The notes under the pieces were generated by a model, which searched no databases, was not told the origin of the DNA, and saw nothing but the letters and a program-made list of their open reading frames with translations. Positions 46,636 to 56,780 of a stretch of 64,000 nucleotides of DNA are shown in pieces. Source of the stretch: Sumerlaeia bacterium. GTDB taxonomy: Bacteria > Sumerlaeota > Sumerlaeia > SLMS01 > JAHLLQ01. Position numbers and translations under genes: made by a program. Numbering within the stretch: position 1 is the first letter of the stretch; each line of letters begins with the position of its first letter. The stretch lies in NCBI GenBank assembly GCA_040219255.1, contig JAVJSW010000046.1:128001-192000 (forward strand), read 5' to 3'.

Positions 46636-47376
46636 ATGAGCGATCGCGATTGGAACCTGGGTAAGGGAAAGAAGAAGGCCGCCCGCATGCCGGCGGCGGT
46701 GGCCAAGCGCCCCGCCCCTGTGCCCGACTCCACGCCGCCAAAGCCCAGCCCGCGAGTGAACGATACGCCCGAGGACGTCCGTGAGGCGTTGTTGGACGTG
46801 CCGGACGAGCCGGAAGCGGCGGGGGAGGGTTCTCCCGCCCCGGCCCGCACGCGCAAGACAAGGCGCAAGGCGGGAGTCCCGTTCTGGAAAAAGCCGTACC
46901 GGGAATATTCCACCCTGGAGAAAGCCGGTGCGCTGGCGGGCATGCTGACCATCATCGTGGCGATGCCTTTCTTGGTGATGGGTGTGCTGCGGTCGACGGA
47001 CCGGACGCGGAGCCAGGAAGCCGTCATCATTCTGCAGAACATCGCCGACTACGTGGCCGATTACCGCCACACCCAGAAGAAGTACCCCGACTCCCTGGTC
47101 AACATTCTGGCGCCGCTCAAGCGCTCGGAGCGGCAACTCTCCGACAGCTTCCCTAACATCCGCGCAGGGTATTATCCCGGACCCGCCGATCTGTTCGCCC
47201 TCTGGGAGGTCGGCCCGAACGGCAAGACCGGCTTTGTGGAAAGCGACCTTCTGCCGGTGCTGGACGGAACGGCGCAGGAGGTGGCGGCGGCGGAGCTGCT
47301 GGATGGCGACGACATGTTGTTCATATTCAAGGTTGAAGGAAATCTGGCGACAGCAGTGTATGAAAACATACCTTGA
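46636..47376 (+). CDS. Membrane protein with GspG/type IV pilin-like domain
   Basis: TM helix followed by LQNIADYVADYR..KYPDSL and LWEVGPNG. Confidence 0.6.
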   Translation: MSDRDWNLGKGKKKAARMPAAVAKRPAPVPDSTPPKPSPRVNDTPEDVREALLDVPDEPEAAGEGSPAPARTRKTRRKAGVPFWKKPYREYSTLEKAGALAGMLTIIVAMPFLVMGVLRSTDRTRSQEAVIILQNIADYVADYRHTQKKYPDSLVNILAPLKRSERQLSDSFPNIRAGYYPGPADLFALWEVGPNGKTGFVESDLLPVLDGTAQEVAAAELLDGDDMLFIFKVEGNLATAVYENIP

Positions 47377-47432
47377 TCGCCGGAGCCGGGAAGGCTTGGA
47401 TGCGGGAACTCGTTTTGAAGAGGTCTTGAACT

Positions 47433-47723
47433 ATGTGGAAAGACGCCTCGCTCAAAGGTCTTCTGGTGCTGCTCGCCGTATTGCTGGCGGCCAATCTGAT
47501 GGCGGTGCTGCTTCGGCCGCCGGGCGATTCGGTGGCGGTTTCTGCCCTTGTGCCCTCGGCCCAGGCGGGTCAAGTAATGCGGCTCGACTCGGAGATTCTG
47601 GTCACCACCAACCAACAGGGCGATCAGATCACGATTTGGCAACTCGGCCGCTATGTGGATGGGGGCTATGAGAGCGCCAAGTCCCGGACCTACACCGCCG
47701 CGGCGACGACTCAGCGTCGCTGA
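47433..47723 (+). CDS. Small secreted or membrane-anchored hypothetical protein
   Basis: 96 aa, N-terminal hydrophobic helix, GAGG upstream, co-oriented with neighbours. Confidence 0.65.
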   Translation: MWKDASLKGLLVLLAVLLAANLMAVLLRPPGDSVAVSALVPSAQAGQVMRLDSEILVTTNQQGDQITIWQLGRYVDGGYESAKSRTYTAAATTQRR

Positions 47724-47753
47724 CGGTACTCTTGTTTTCGAGGACAACGCGGC

Positions 47754-49101
47754 TTGATGATCTGTCTCGGTGTGACCGGCAAAGACCGGCGCCCCACCAC
47801 CTGGCTCTTCGATAAGGAAGACATCACGCTCGGGCGGTCCTCGGCGAACGATCTCGTTTTCGACTTGGCCGTGGACAGTGTGGTGTCTCGCCGCCACGCC
47901 ATGATTACGCGGCGGGGCAAGAAGTACTTCATTGAAGACTTGCAGAGCACCCAGGGGACCTTATCACAACCGCGTCCGCATCCATGGCGAGTCGGAGCTG
48001 AAGGAGGGGGACGAGGTTCGTCTCGGTTTGCGGGGCCCGGTCGTCATGATTTCCATTAGGGCCCCCGGCCCGCGAAATGACACGCAGAGCGACGGGGTGC
48101 CCATTTCCGGTGAGAACACGACCCTGCCTCAGTTGCCTCCGGGGGCGGTTTTCCCGCTGGCCCTCTATAGGGGCTTCCCGGACCGATTCCAGGTTTACGA
48201 AAAGATCGGCGAGGGCGGCTACGGCCAGGTCTGGCGCGCCCGCGCCCGCAGTGCCAACGAATGGGTCGCCATCAAATTCCTCAGGCCCGAGCTGCTGCTC
48301 TTCAACTCGCGCAAACCCAACCAGGACTTCGATCACGTCGTGCGGCGTTTTCAGCGCGAAGCGGAACTGACGGCGCGTCTGACGGACGAGTCCCTCGGCG
48401 TGGCCAAGGTCCTGGAAACGGGCGGCAATGCCCGCATGGGCATTTTCTACATGATGATGGACTACATCGCCGGGGTTCCGCTGGACAAACTCATCCTGCG
48501 CGAGAAGGGGCTGCGGCCGGGCCTGGTGAGCCGCTACGTGCTCCAGGTGGCGCGAACCCTCAAGTACGCCCACGACTTCACTTGGGACGACCCGCAAACC
48601 GGCAATCAAGCCCGCGGCATCGTCCACCGCGACATCAAACCCGGCAACATCATCATTCGCCAGCACGACAACGCCGCGATCCTTTGCGATTTCGGTATCG
48701 CCGGCATCGTCGAAGGGGCCGAGCGCCTGACCCTGCCGCACATGCAAGTCTGCTCGTACAAGTACACGGCTCCCGAGGTTCTCGAGAGCAATGACATCTC
48801 GCCCGCGACGGACATGTGGGGCCTGGCGGTAACGGCCTACGTGGCGTTGACGGGCGGGCGGTTCCCATATCCCGGGGCGACGCTGCTGGAGACGCTGCGC
48901 AACACGCAGGCGGGCAAGCTCATTCCCCTCGACGACAGCCACGGCCTCGTTTCGGACGAACTCAAGGAGTTCCTCCATCGGGCCCTCGACCCCGATCCGG
49001 CGCGCCGGCTGCGCACCGCCGAGGACTTCGTGCGCCATCTGGAACCGCTGGTCTATTCGGAAACGGACAACTCGGTCTTTTTATCCCAGAACATTTCCTA
49101 A
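47754..49101 (+). pseudogene. FHA-domain Hanks-type Ser/Thr kinase split by a +1 frameshift at about 47961 (real lesion or sequencing error)
   Basis: Frame A: ITLGRS, VSRRHA, IEDLQSTQGT; frame B continues YHNRVRI..LKEGDEVRLG, then IGEGGYGQV, AIK, HRDIKPGN, DFG, APE. Confidence 0.82.
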
Positions 49102-49643
49102 ACGCCCAGTAGCTTGAGGAACTCGCGCAGGAAAGCCGGATGGTCGGGCCACGCGCGCGACGTCACCAGCTCGCCGTCCACCACAACCTCTCGGTCCAGG
49201 AAGGTCGCGCCGGCGCGCTCCATGTCGGGCTTGAGCGCCGGGTAGGCGGTCAGCGTCCGGCCACCGATCAGGTTGGCGGCGGAGAGGATGAGCTGACCGT
49301 GGCATATCGAAGCGACCGGCTTGCCGGCCTCGAAGAACTCGCGGGCGAGGCGCAGGCAATCGGCATCGTTGCGGATCCACTCGGGAGCCCGGCCGCCCGG
49401 GATGACCAAGCCGGCGAAGTCCACCGCCCGGGCGTCGGCAAAGGCCAGCGTGGCCTCCACCCGATAGCCGCCCTTTTCCGTGTAGGTGTCGAAGCCGGGT
49501 TCGAAGTCATGGACGACGGTTCTGAGGACTTTGGCCTTGGGCGCGGCGACGACGGGATCGAGGCCCGCCTCCTGGAGCCGTTGGAGCGGATACATGACTT
49601 CGAGGGCTTCGGCGGCGTCGCCGGTCATGAGGAGGATTTTCAT
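49098..49643 (-). CDS. DJ-1/PfpI family protein
   Basis: E.MYP, IPGGRAPEWIR, ASICHG, VVDGELVTSRAWPD. Confidence 0.93.
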   Translation of the reverse strand: MKILLMTGDAAEALEVMYPLQRLQEAGLDPVVAAPKAKVLRTVVHDFEPGFDTYTEKGGYRVEATLAFADARAVDFAGLVIPGGRAPEWIRNDADCLRLAREFFEAGKPVASICHGQLILSAANLIGGRTLTAYPALKPDMERAGATFLDREVVVDGELVTSRAWPDHPAFLREFLKLLGV

Positions 49644-49755
49644 GGCGGGGTTTCCCTTCGCGGAGGATTGTCGGACACAAAGAAAAACGCCGCATCGGGA
49701 GACGCGGCGCCAGGGAAATGCAGGCCAGCGGGGCTGGCAGGCGGCGGGGGAGGGG

Positions 49756-50154
49756 TTACTTGCTGGCGATGGCGGTGGCTTCGGCGCGATCGACGTAGAT
49801 GCCGACGATGCCGAAGGGGAAGCCGTAGTAGCCTTCGCGATGCTCGATCAGGATCAGGCCGTCGGTGCCGCGGCCCGGGTTGGCGGCGGCGTCCACCAGC
49901 AGGTCTTCGGGGCTCAAGGCGGGGTAGAGTTCGATGAACTTGACGAGCATCGGCAGGCCGACGCCGATGCCGATTTCCGTCGATTTGTGGATGCCGGTGG
50001 CGTTGTAGTTCTCATAGGTGCCGTCGCCGGTGGTGGCGTTCTGGACACCGGTGCGCGAAGCGACTTCGGTCAGATCGACCTTGCTGGGCAGGGAGCAGCC
50101 GGTGAGGGCGACGACGGCGGCGAGGGAGCAGAGGAGGGCGATGATTTTCTTCAT
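49756..50154 (-). CDS. Hypothetical lipoprotein
   Basis: MKK + hydrophobic region + LTGC lipobox. Confidence 0.75.
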   Translation of the reverse strand: MKKIIALLCSLAAVVALTGCSLPSKVDLTEVASRTGVQNATTGDGTYENYNATGIHKSTEIGIGVGLPMLVKFIELYPALSPEDLLVDAAANPGRGTDGLILIEHREGYYGFPFGIVGIYVDRAEATAIASK

Positions 50155-50404
50155 AGGGAAAAATCCTGTTGTGAATTGAAATTGTCTCCAAAATCGGAAT
50201 TGGAGCGGTTTACAAATCTAACGCAGCCTCTTCGCTCCCGACCGGGTCAAGATGAAAGCGCTTTTTGCGTTTGGCGAAATCCTGCATTTCTGTAGGCATT
50301 TCCGTGCTTGACCGTCACCCTTGCCTTCCGGAAACCTCTCGCCCAAATGTTCGGCCCCGGGAGGTCCCACCCCCTTGAACCAGTCCCTTCTGCAAGCGCC
50401 CGCC

Positions 50405-51112
50405 ATGACCATTGCCACCCTCGAAGCGGAAGACTTCGCCTTTCTCGGCCGCCCTGTGCGCGGAATCCTTCTGGATATGGACGGCACCATCGCCGATACC
50501 AAGGAAGCCCACGCCGACGGCTGGGTGTCCTGGGCCGCCCGCCACAACCTGCCCATCAGCCGCCAGAGCTACCTGACGGAATACTTCGGCCGCTCCAACG
50601 ACGACGTCATTCCCGAGTTGTTCCCCCATCTGGCGCACGACAAGGCGGCGCTGAAGGAATTGTCCGATGACAAAGAGCGGGACTTTCCCGAGTACGTCGC
50701 CCAAGGCCGCATCACACCGATGCCGGGGGTGATCGAGTTCATCCGCCGCTGCCACGAGCGCGGCCTCGGCCTCGCCGTCGCCAGCAGCGCCCCCACCTAC
50801 AACGTCGAGAAGATCTGCGAGGTCTTCGACATCGCGCGTTATATTCCGGTGCGCCTGGGCATGGAGAGCGTCAAGCGCGCCAAGCCGGCCCCCGATCTCT
50901 TCCTGAAGGCCGCAGCCAGCCTGGGCCTCGACCCCCGCGACTGCGTCGTCTTCGAGGACAGCGTCCACGGCCTGCAGGGCGCCCGCGACGCCGGCTGCCG
51001 CACCGTCGGCGTCCTGACGCTGAACACGGCGGAAAAACTCGGTACCCTGGCCGATATCTGCATCGATGACTACGAAGAGCTGATGGCCATGGAACCGTGG
51101 AACCGGGTTTAG
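50405..51112 (+). CDS. HAD-superfamily phosphatase (beta-PGM/CbbY-like)
   Basis: DMDGTIAD, ASSA, KPAPD, VFEDS..G. Confidence 0.92.
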   Translation: MTIATLEAEDFAFLGRPVRGILLDMDGTIADTKEAHADGWVSWAARHNLPISRQSYLTEYFGRSNDDVIPELFPHLAHDKAALKELSDDKERDFPEYVAQGRITPMPGVIEFIRRCHERGLGLAVASSAPTYNVEKICEVFDIARYIPVRLGMESVKRAKPAPDLFLKAAASLGLDPRDCVVFEDSVHGLQGARDAGCRTVGVLTLNTAEKLGTLADICIDDYEELMAMEPWNRV

Positions 51113-51146
51113 GAATTCACCGCAGAGGCGCGGAGAACGCTGAGAA
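51113..51146 (+). repeat. Dispersed repeat arm of the same family as 3216-3249
   Basis: GAATTCACCGCAGAGGCGCGGAGAACGCTGAGAA, 31/34 identical to 3216-3249; begins immediately after the HAD stop codon. Confidence 0.8.
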
Positions 51147-51483
51147 CACAGGGGATGCGAAGCTTCTTGGGGACGCGATGAGCTAGAAGAGAGCATGATG
51201 GTGGTTCCTTGGAAAGAAGGGGTTTTTGGCTGACTTGGGGGGAGCCTACCACAGCCCCGCCGTTTGTCCCCTCATGTGGAGCTTCGGGAACAAAAAAGAC
51301 AAAATACACTTGTCAGACAAAACAGACATCCGGATCGACCCGCCGGGCGGGCGGCGAACCCGGCGCTCTCCCGCGTCCCCGGCGCTCTCCAATTCCCCGC
51401 CACCCCCTCGCATTTCCCCATCGACCCGCCCCGCCACCTGTGATGACTAACGCCCTCGTCATACCCCCGAGGGAGTTTTTTCC

Positions 51484-53112
51484 ATGGCTATCCAGCGAGC
51501 GCTCATTTCCGTGAGCGACAAGACCGGCGTTGTCGAGTTCGCCCAGCGTCTGGCCGCGCAGAACATCCAGATCGTATCGACCGGCGGCACCGCCAAAGCG
51601 CTCCGCGAGGCGGGCCTGGTGGTGCGCGACGTGGCGGATTTGACCGGCTTCCCCGAGATGCTCGGCGGCCGCGTGAAGACACTTCACCCCATGGTGCACG
51701 GCGGTATTCTGGCCCGCCGCGACGACGAAACGCACATGGCCACCATCGCCGAGCACGGTATCAGCGCCATCGATCTGGTGGTGGTGAACCTCTACCCGTT
51801 CCAGCAGACAGTGCAGAAGCCGGGCGTGACCTTTGAGGAAGCCATTGAGCAGATCGATATCGGCGGGCCCACGATGCTGCGCTCCGCCGCCAAGAACATG
51901 GCCGCCGTCACCGTGGTCTGCGACCCGGAGGATTACCCCTTCGTGGCCGAGGAGATCGAGGAATCGGGCGACACGACGGAAGACACGCGGCAGCGCCTCG
52001 CCGCGAAAGTTTTCGCCACCATGGCGGCCTATGAAGGTTCCATCACGAGCTATCTCTCGAAGTTCCTGCGCGAGAAGGACGGCGACGATGACGACGCCAT
52101 TCAATTGGTGACCCGCAAACCCCGCAACGGCGAGGACGAGGACGACACGAAAGGCTTCGAGCCGATCCTGATGAAGGCGTTCCGCCGCGAAAAGGTGCTG
52201 CGCTATGGCGAAAACCCGCACCAGGCCGCGGCGTTCTACAGCGACCCAACGGTGAACGAAACGAGCCTGGCGAACGCCCGTCAGCTTTCCGGCAAAGAGC
52301 TGAGCTACAACAACTTCCTCGATGCCGAAGGAGCCCTGGAAGCGGTGCGGGACCTGGCGGACCTGGCGCCCGCGGCCTGTGTGATCGTCAAGCACTCGAC
52401 GCCCTGCGGCATGGCCATCGGCGCGACGCCGCTGGAGGCCTACGAAAAGGCCCTCGCCACCGATCCCGATTCGGCGTTCGGCGGCATCGTGGCGTTTTCC
52501 TGCGAGGTGGACGAGGCGACGGCGGAGAAGATGGCCGAGCACTTCCTGGAAGTCGTCATCGCCCCCGCCTGGAAAACCGGTGCGGTGGAGTTTCTGGCGC
52601 TGAAGAAAAAGAACTTACGCCTGATGGAAACCGGACCCTTCACGGCCAAAGGCCCGCTGCGGCTCGTTCGCGGGATTGTGGGCGGGGCGCTCGTCATGGA
52701 GCGAGACATGGGCACGCTGAACCTGAGCGAACTCAAGGTGGTGACGGAAACGAAACCGAGCGAGGAAGACCTGAAGGGGCTGCTGTTCGCCTGGCGCTGC
52801 GTCAAGTGGGTGAAGAGCAACGCCATCGTGTACACCGATCACGACTCGACCATCGGCATCGGCGGCGGCCAGACGAGCCGGGTGAACGCCGCGCGCTTCG
52901 GTGCGCAGACGGCCCGGCGGTCGCTCGAGGGTGCTTTCATGGGCAGCGACGCGTTCTTCCCCTTCCGCGACAACATCGACGAAGCCGCCAAACAGGGTAT
53001 CCGCGCCATTATCCAGCCTGGGGGCTCGATCCGTGATGAGGAAGTGATCGCCGCCTGCAACGAGCATGGCATCGCCATGGTGTTCACGGGGATGCGGCAT
53101 TTCCGGCATTAG
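51484..53112 (+). CDS. purH: Bifunctional AICAR transformylase/IMP cyclohydrolase
   Basis: [63 protein letters not shown]. Confidence 0.98.
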   Translation: MAIQRALISVSDKTGVVEFAQRLAAQNIQIVSTGGTAKALREAGLVVRDVADLTGFPEMLGGRVKTLHPMVHGGILARRDDETHMATIAEHGISAIDLVVVNLYPFQQTVQKPGVTFEEAIEQIDIGGPTMLRSAAKNMAAVTVVCDPEDYPFVAEEIEESGDTTEDTRQRLAAKVFATMAAYEGSITSYLSKFLREKDGDDDDAIQLVTRKPRNGEDEDDTKGFEPILMKAFRREKVLRYGENPHQAAAFYSDPTVNETSLANARQLSGKELSYNNFLDAEGALEAVRDLADLAPAACVIVKHSTPCGMAIGATPLEAYEKALATDPDSAFGGIVAFSCEVDEATAEKMAEHFLEVVIAPAWKTGAVEFLALKKKNLRLMETGPFTAKGPLRLVRGIVGGALVMERDMGTLNLSELKVVTETKPSEEDLKGLLFAWRCVKWVKSNAIVYTDHDSTIGIGGGQTSRVNAARFGAQTARRSLEGAFMGSDAFFPFRDNIDEAAKQGIRAIIQPGGSIRDEEVIAACNEHGIAMVFTGMRHFRH

Positions 53113-53142
53113 GCGGCGTGCGGGGTGCCCGCAGTGCCGCCT
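53111..53142 (+). terminator. Hairpin immediately after the purH stop
   Basis: AGGCGGC-GTGCGGG-GTG-CCCGCA-GT-GCCGCCT; weak U-tract. Confidence 0.5.
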
Positions 53143-53152
53143 TATCCTTCAA

Positions 53153-53185
53153 GAATTCACCACAGAGGCACAGAGGACACAGAGA
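53153..53185 (+). repeat. Dispersed repeat arm (variant)
   Basis: GAATTCACCACAGAGGCACAGAGGACACAGAGA; same start and periodic RCAGAG units as the 51113 and 3216 copies. Confidence 0.75.
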
Positions 53186-53467
53186 TGCTTCGTGCTCTTG
53201 AAGTTGAGGTGAATTATGGGTAAGCGCCAGTCCTTGGTCGGGTGACTTGACAAGGAAACCCGTTCTTGCAGGAGAAGGACGGAAGATGAGGTGGAAGCCT
53301 GAAGTATTGCGGGTGTTTTGTGGGTTTTTGAAAAATGCCAAAAACCCACGCCGAAGGAGCAACGTGTTTATTTCATTGGTCTTAGCAAACTCATGGATGA
53401 CTTTGCTCACTCAGGTTTGGCAGGCTCTTTGAAATCTCTGTGGTCGAAGGCGGTGGGACGACGAACG

Positions 53468-54580
53468 TCAGGTCGGCGGGTCCCATTGCAGGACGCTGAG
53501 ATTCGTCTCGAATTCATAGACGACTTCGCCCCGCTCGTCTCGAATCTGGATGGTGATGGGCGGGTCCGGTTGGTCCCAGCCGATGGTGATCAGGCCGAAG
53601 TTGTTGCCCCGATAGAAGCCTTCCGAAAGGCGGGATTCGTTGGGCTCTTTCCAGTCCTGCGCCTGCCAATGCTCCGACGTGTTGGCCATGGGGCTGGCGG
53701 TGACGTCGATCAGGGGATAGAGCGGCCCCCACTGGCGCGCCGAAATTTCGGCGAAGTTGCGGTCGCCGCTCAGGAACATGACGCCGTCGATGCCGTTCAT
53801 GCCGATGTATTCAATGAGGCGAAAGCGGGCGAACTCGTACTGTTTGCCCCAGCGCTCGAAGCGATGGAGGTCGGAAACGAACTGGATGGAGGAGGCGACG
53901 AACTTGATTTTGGCGTCGTTGGATTTTAGCTCGTTTTCCAGCCAGGTGAACTGCTTGGGTCCGAGGATCGCTTTGTTGCGCCCATCGGGCCGGCCCGTGC
54001 GGTCGCGGTTGTAGCGGGTGTCGAGCAGGATAAACGCGACATCGCCAAAGGTATGGCTGCTGTGGACACCGCCTTCGGGAAAGCGCGTTTTGCCTTCCAC
54101 CTCGTCCTCGGCGTGGTCCTGGTGGCCATAGTTCTCGGCGGGCATGGGCCAGAATTCGCGGAAGATGGCGGCCGATTCCTCGCGCATCCGATATTCTTTA
54201 CCGGCGTCGTTCTGGCCGTAATCGTGGTCGTTCCAGGTGGCGAGAACGGTGGCTTGCTGGAGGAGCTTCTGGAAGCCCTCCTGCGCGGCGAGGCGGGCGT
54301 AGGCTTCACGCATTACCGACGGGTTCATCGTGTCGGCGAAGACATTGTCGCCCAGGAAAACGAACACGTCCGGTTCGGCGGCCAAGATGGCTTGCCAGAT
54401 GGGTAGCTCGCCGGTGCTGGGATCGATGCGCAGGCCCGACCCGAAGGCGATGCGCGACGGCGTGGTGGTCAGGCGGTCGTTCTGAAGGGCGAAGGGCTGG
54501 GCTTCGGCGGCGCGGGTGCTTGCCGCCGGAAGGGCGGTGGCGGCAAGGAGCAGCAGGAGCAAAAAGTTTCGAAACGTCAT
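53468..54580 (-). CDS. PhoD-like alkaline phosphatase D family protein (secreted)
   Basis: Signal peptide; RIAFGS, FLGDNVFAD, TWNDHDYG.ND, LLDTRY, LG..QF.WL, LSGDRN. Confidence 0.88.
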   Translation of the reverse strand: MTFRNFLLLLLLAATALPAASTRAAEAQPFALQNDRLTTTPSRIAFGSGLRIDPSTGELPIWQAILAAEPDVFVFLGDNVFADTMNPSVMREAYARLAAQEGFQKLLQQATVLATWNDHDYGQNDAGKEYRMREESAAIFREFWPMPAENYGHQDHAEDEVEGKTRFPEGGVHSSHTFGDVAFILLDTRYNRDRTGRPDGRNKAILGPKQFTWLENELKSNDAKIKFVASSIQFVSDLHRFERWGKQYEFARFRLIEYIGMNGIDGVMFLSGDRNFAEISARQWGPLYPLIDVTASPMANTSEHWQAQDWKEPNESRLSEGFYRGNNFGLITIGWDQPDPPITIQIRDERGEVVYEFETNLSVLQWDPPT

Positions 54581-54825
54581 CGTGGTTTCTTCTTTCCCCG
54601 ATTGGCGAAACGGGCGGCGAGGTCTTCGGCGTTGCCGGCCGAGGCGGCCCGCCAGTTCTTCTTGTAGAGCGGGCAGGGGCGGGCGTCGCGGTACTGTGGG
54701 TCAGGCTTTTCCGGATGGGCGCAATCGCACGGATGGGAACCGATCGGCGGGGTGCCTTTGGCTTCCGGATTGGCGGGGGCGTTCCAATACGCGCAATCGG
54801 TCAGGTGGCAGGAAACTCGGATCAT
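54577..54825 (-). CDS. Small Cys/His-rich hypothetical protein
   Basis: CHLTDC.YW, HPCDCAH, PCPLY; ATGA overlap with the phoD start. Confidence 0.6.
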   Translation of the reverse strand: MIRVSCHLTDCAYWNAPANPEAKGTPPIGSHPCDCAHPEKPDPQYRDARPCPLYKKNWRAASAGNAEDLAARFANRGKKKPR

Positions 54826-54879
54826 GGACGGTCCAGAGGGGAGTTTGATCGGCCGCGCGACTCGCGGGAGCGGGGACCC

Positions 54880-56043
54880 TTACATGGGCGTTCCCCAGGT
54901 CGCAACGTCGTTGTAGAGTTTGACCATCCGCTTTGCCGTTTCGTTCCAATCGAAGCGGGTGGCCTGCTCCAGGCCTCTTTCGCGCCACTCGACGCGGGCC
55001 TCGGGATCGAAGACGAGGGGCAGGGCCGCGTCCGCCCAGGCCTCGGGCGAGTCCGCGGCGGGATGGATGGCGGCGTCTCCGGCCACCTGGCGCAGAGCGG
55101 TCTCGCGCCCGCAAACCACCGGCGCGCCGCAGGCCATGGCCTCGAGCACGGGAAAGCCGAAGCCCTCGTGTTCGCTGGTGAACAAGACACAGGACGCGCC
55201 GGTATAGAGCCCGGCCAGTTCTTTGTCCGGCATGTGGGGGAGCAGGAGGACCTTTCGATGCAGGTGGGGGCGGTCCCTCAACTCGCGCGGGGCCTTGTTG
55301 GCGCAGCCCAGCAGCGCCAGCGGCGGCATCCGGCGGTCGCGCTTCAGCAGTTCGTCGTAGGCGTCCAGCAGCAGGCCGGTGCGTTTGCGGGGGGCGTGGC
55401 TGGTGACGCCCAGGATATAGTGTTTGCTGTGGATGCCGGCCCGGTTGCGGGCCATGATGGCGAACTGCTCGCCAGAGGGCTGGAACAGGTCCCGATCCAC
55501 GCCCCAGGGAATGGCCACGACTTTATCGGGCGAGACGCCATAGCGCCGGATGACATCGCGGCGGACGAAATCGCTGGGCGTGTGGATGGCGTCGACTTCC
55601 GGCAGGACCCGCTCGAACGTCTCGGCGAAGTAGGCGCCGCCAAGTTTGTCCCGATCCGGCGTCTTCTCGTTCAGGAAGGCCAGATCGTGGACCGTAACGA
55701 CGCGGCGGACTTTCGCCGCGGGCGGAACGTAGGAGGCGGGAGCGTGGAAGAGCTGGACGTCATCGCCAAGCAGCGCCTCCACGGCGGGGCCGGTGCCATT
55801 GCGCCAGGACTCGACGAGCCCCGGGCCCGGCCGCAGACGGCGCTCGACGCGAACCGCGGGGCGGTTCTTCAGGAAGTCGTGCTCAGGGCCGAGGCGCCGC
55901 GTCAGCGACGTAGCCAGCACCCGCCATTGCAGGCCCTCGTCTTCCCGTTGCACCATGGCCCTCAGCAGGGCCAGAGCGCTGCGCCCGACGCCGGTGCGGG
56001 GTGCGAGCGTGCTGGAGGCATCGTAACCGGCGATCAGGCTCAT
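54880..56043 (-). CDS. GT4 family glycosyltransferase
   Basis: RTGVGR, VTVHDLAF, PWGVD, PRK, EGFGFPVLEAMACG. Confidence 0.92.
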   Translation of the reverse strand: MSLIAGYDASSTLAPRTGVGRSALALLRAMVQREDEGLQWRVLATSLTRRLGPEHDFLKNRPAVRVERRLRPGPGLVESWRNGTGPAVEALLGDDVQLFHAPASYVPPAAKVRRVVTVHDLAFLNEKTPDRDKLGGAYFAETFERVLPEVDAIHTPSDFVRRDVIRRYGVSPDKVVAIPWGVDRDLFQPSGEQFAIMARNRAGIHSKHYILGVTSHAPRKRTGLLLDAYDELLKRDRRMPPLALLGCANKAPRELRDRPHLHRKVLLLPHMPDKELAGLYTGASCVLFTSEHEGFGFPVLEAMACGAPVVCGRETALRQVAGDAAIHPAADSPEAWADAALPLVFDPEARVEWRERGLEQATRFDWNETAKRMVKLYNDVATWGTPM

Positions 56044-56055
56044 GAGCGAGCCCCG

Positions 56056-56622
56056 TCAGTTGGCACGTTCGACGTAGGAGCCGGATTCGGTGTTCACGAC
56101 CACTTTGTCGCCGATCTTGATGAAGGGGGGAACCTGGACCACGTAGCCGTTGCTCAGCGTGGCGTCCTTGGTGATGGCGTTGGCGGTGTTGCCCTTCACG
56201 GCGTCGATGGTGTCGGCGACTTCGAAAATCACCTTCGCGGGCAGTTCGATGGAGATCGGCTTGCCTTCCCAATAGGCGGCGATGACTTCCATGTCGGGAA
56301 CCAGGAAGTTGACGCTTTGGCCGAGGAAATCCTCGTTGAGGTCGAACTGCTCGAAGGTCGTCAAGTCCATGAAATGGTAGCCGTCCGGATCGCTGTAAAG
56401 GAACTGGGCGGTGCGCTTTTCGAAGTCGGCGATTTCGAGCATTTCGCCGATCTTGAAGTTGCGCTCGAGCACGCGGCCGTCCTTGAGGTTCTTCATCTTG
56501 ATCGTCACGAAAGCCTGGCCTTTGCCCGGCTTGGTGTGGGCGAAGTAAACGACCTCGTAAATCGAGCCGTCCATGACGAGCTTGGTGCCGTTGCGGACTT
56601 TGGCGGGTTCTATCGGTGGCAT
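56056..56622 (-). CDS. efp: Elongation factor P
   Basis: KPGKGQAFV, FMD..TFEQ, KGNTA, VPPFI..GD, YVER. Confidence 0.97.
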   Translation of the reverse strand: MPPIEPAKVRNGTKLVMDGSIYEVVYFAHTKPGKGQAFVTIKMKNLKDGRVLERNFKIGEMLEIADFEKRTAQFLYSDPDGYHFMDLTTFEQFDLNEDFLGQSVNFLVPDMEVIAAYWEGKPISIELPAKVIFEVADTIDAVKGNTANAITKDATLSNGYVVQVPPFIKIGDKVVVNTESGSYVERAN

Positions 56623-56780
56623 CGGTGCGGTACACCTCTCTCTTGCGTTATGGCGGATTTCGTCGAGACTCGCGGCGTCACGGAGGGCCGCGCGACGCCC
56701 GCAACCGTAGGGGTTGCGTTTCGCGCGTCAAGGCCACTCCGGAGCCCTTGCCTGCGGGGACCTTTCCCAAACCATCGCCA

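Noticed and set aside
51150-51483. ZMP/ZTP (pfl) riboswitch upstream of purH
   Set aside because: Expected from context, but the GACUGGCG...GUGG..CCAC and downstream CGCCUGGGC elements were not found
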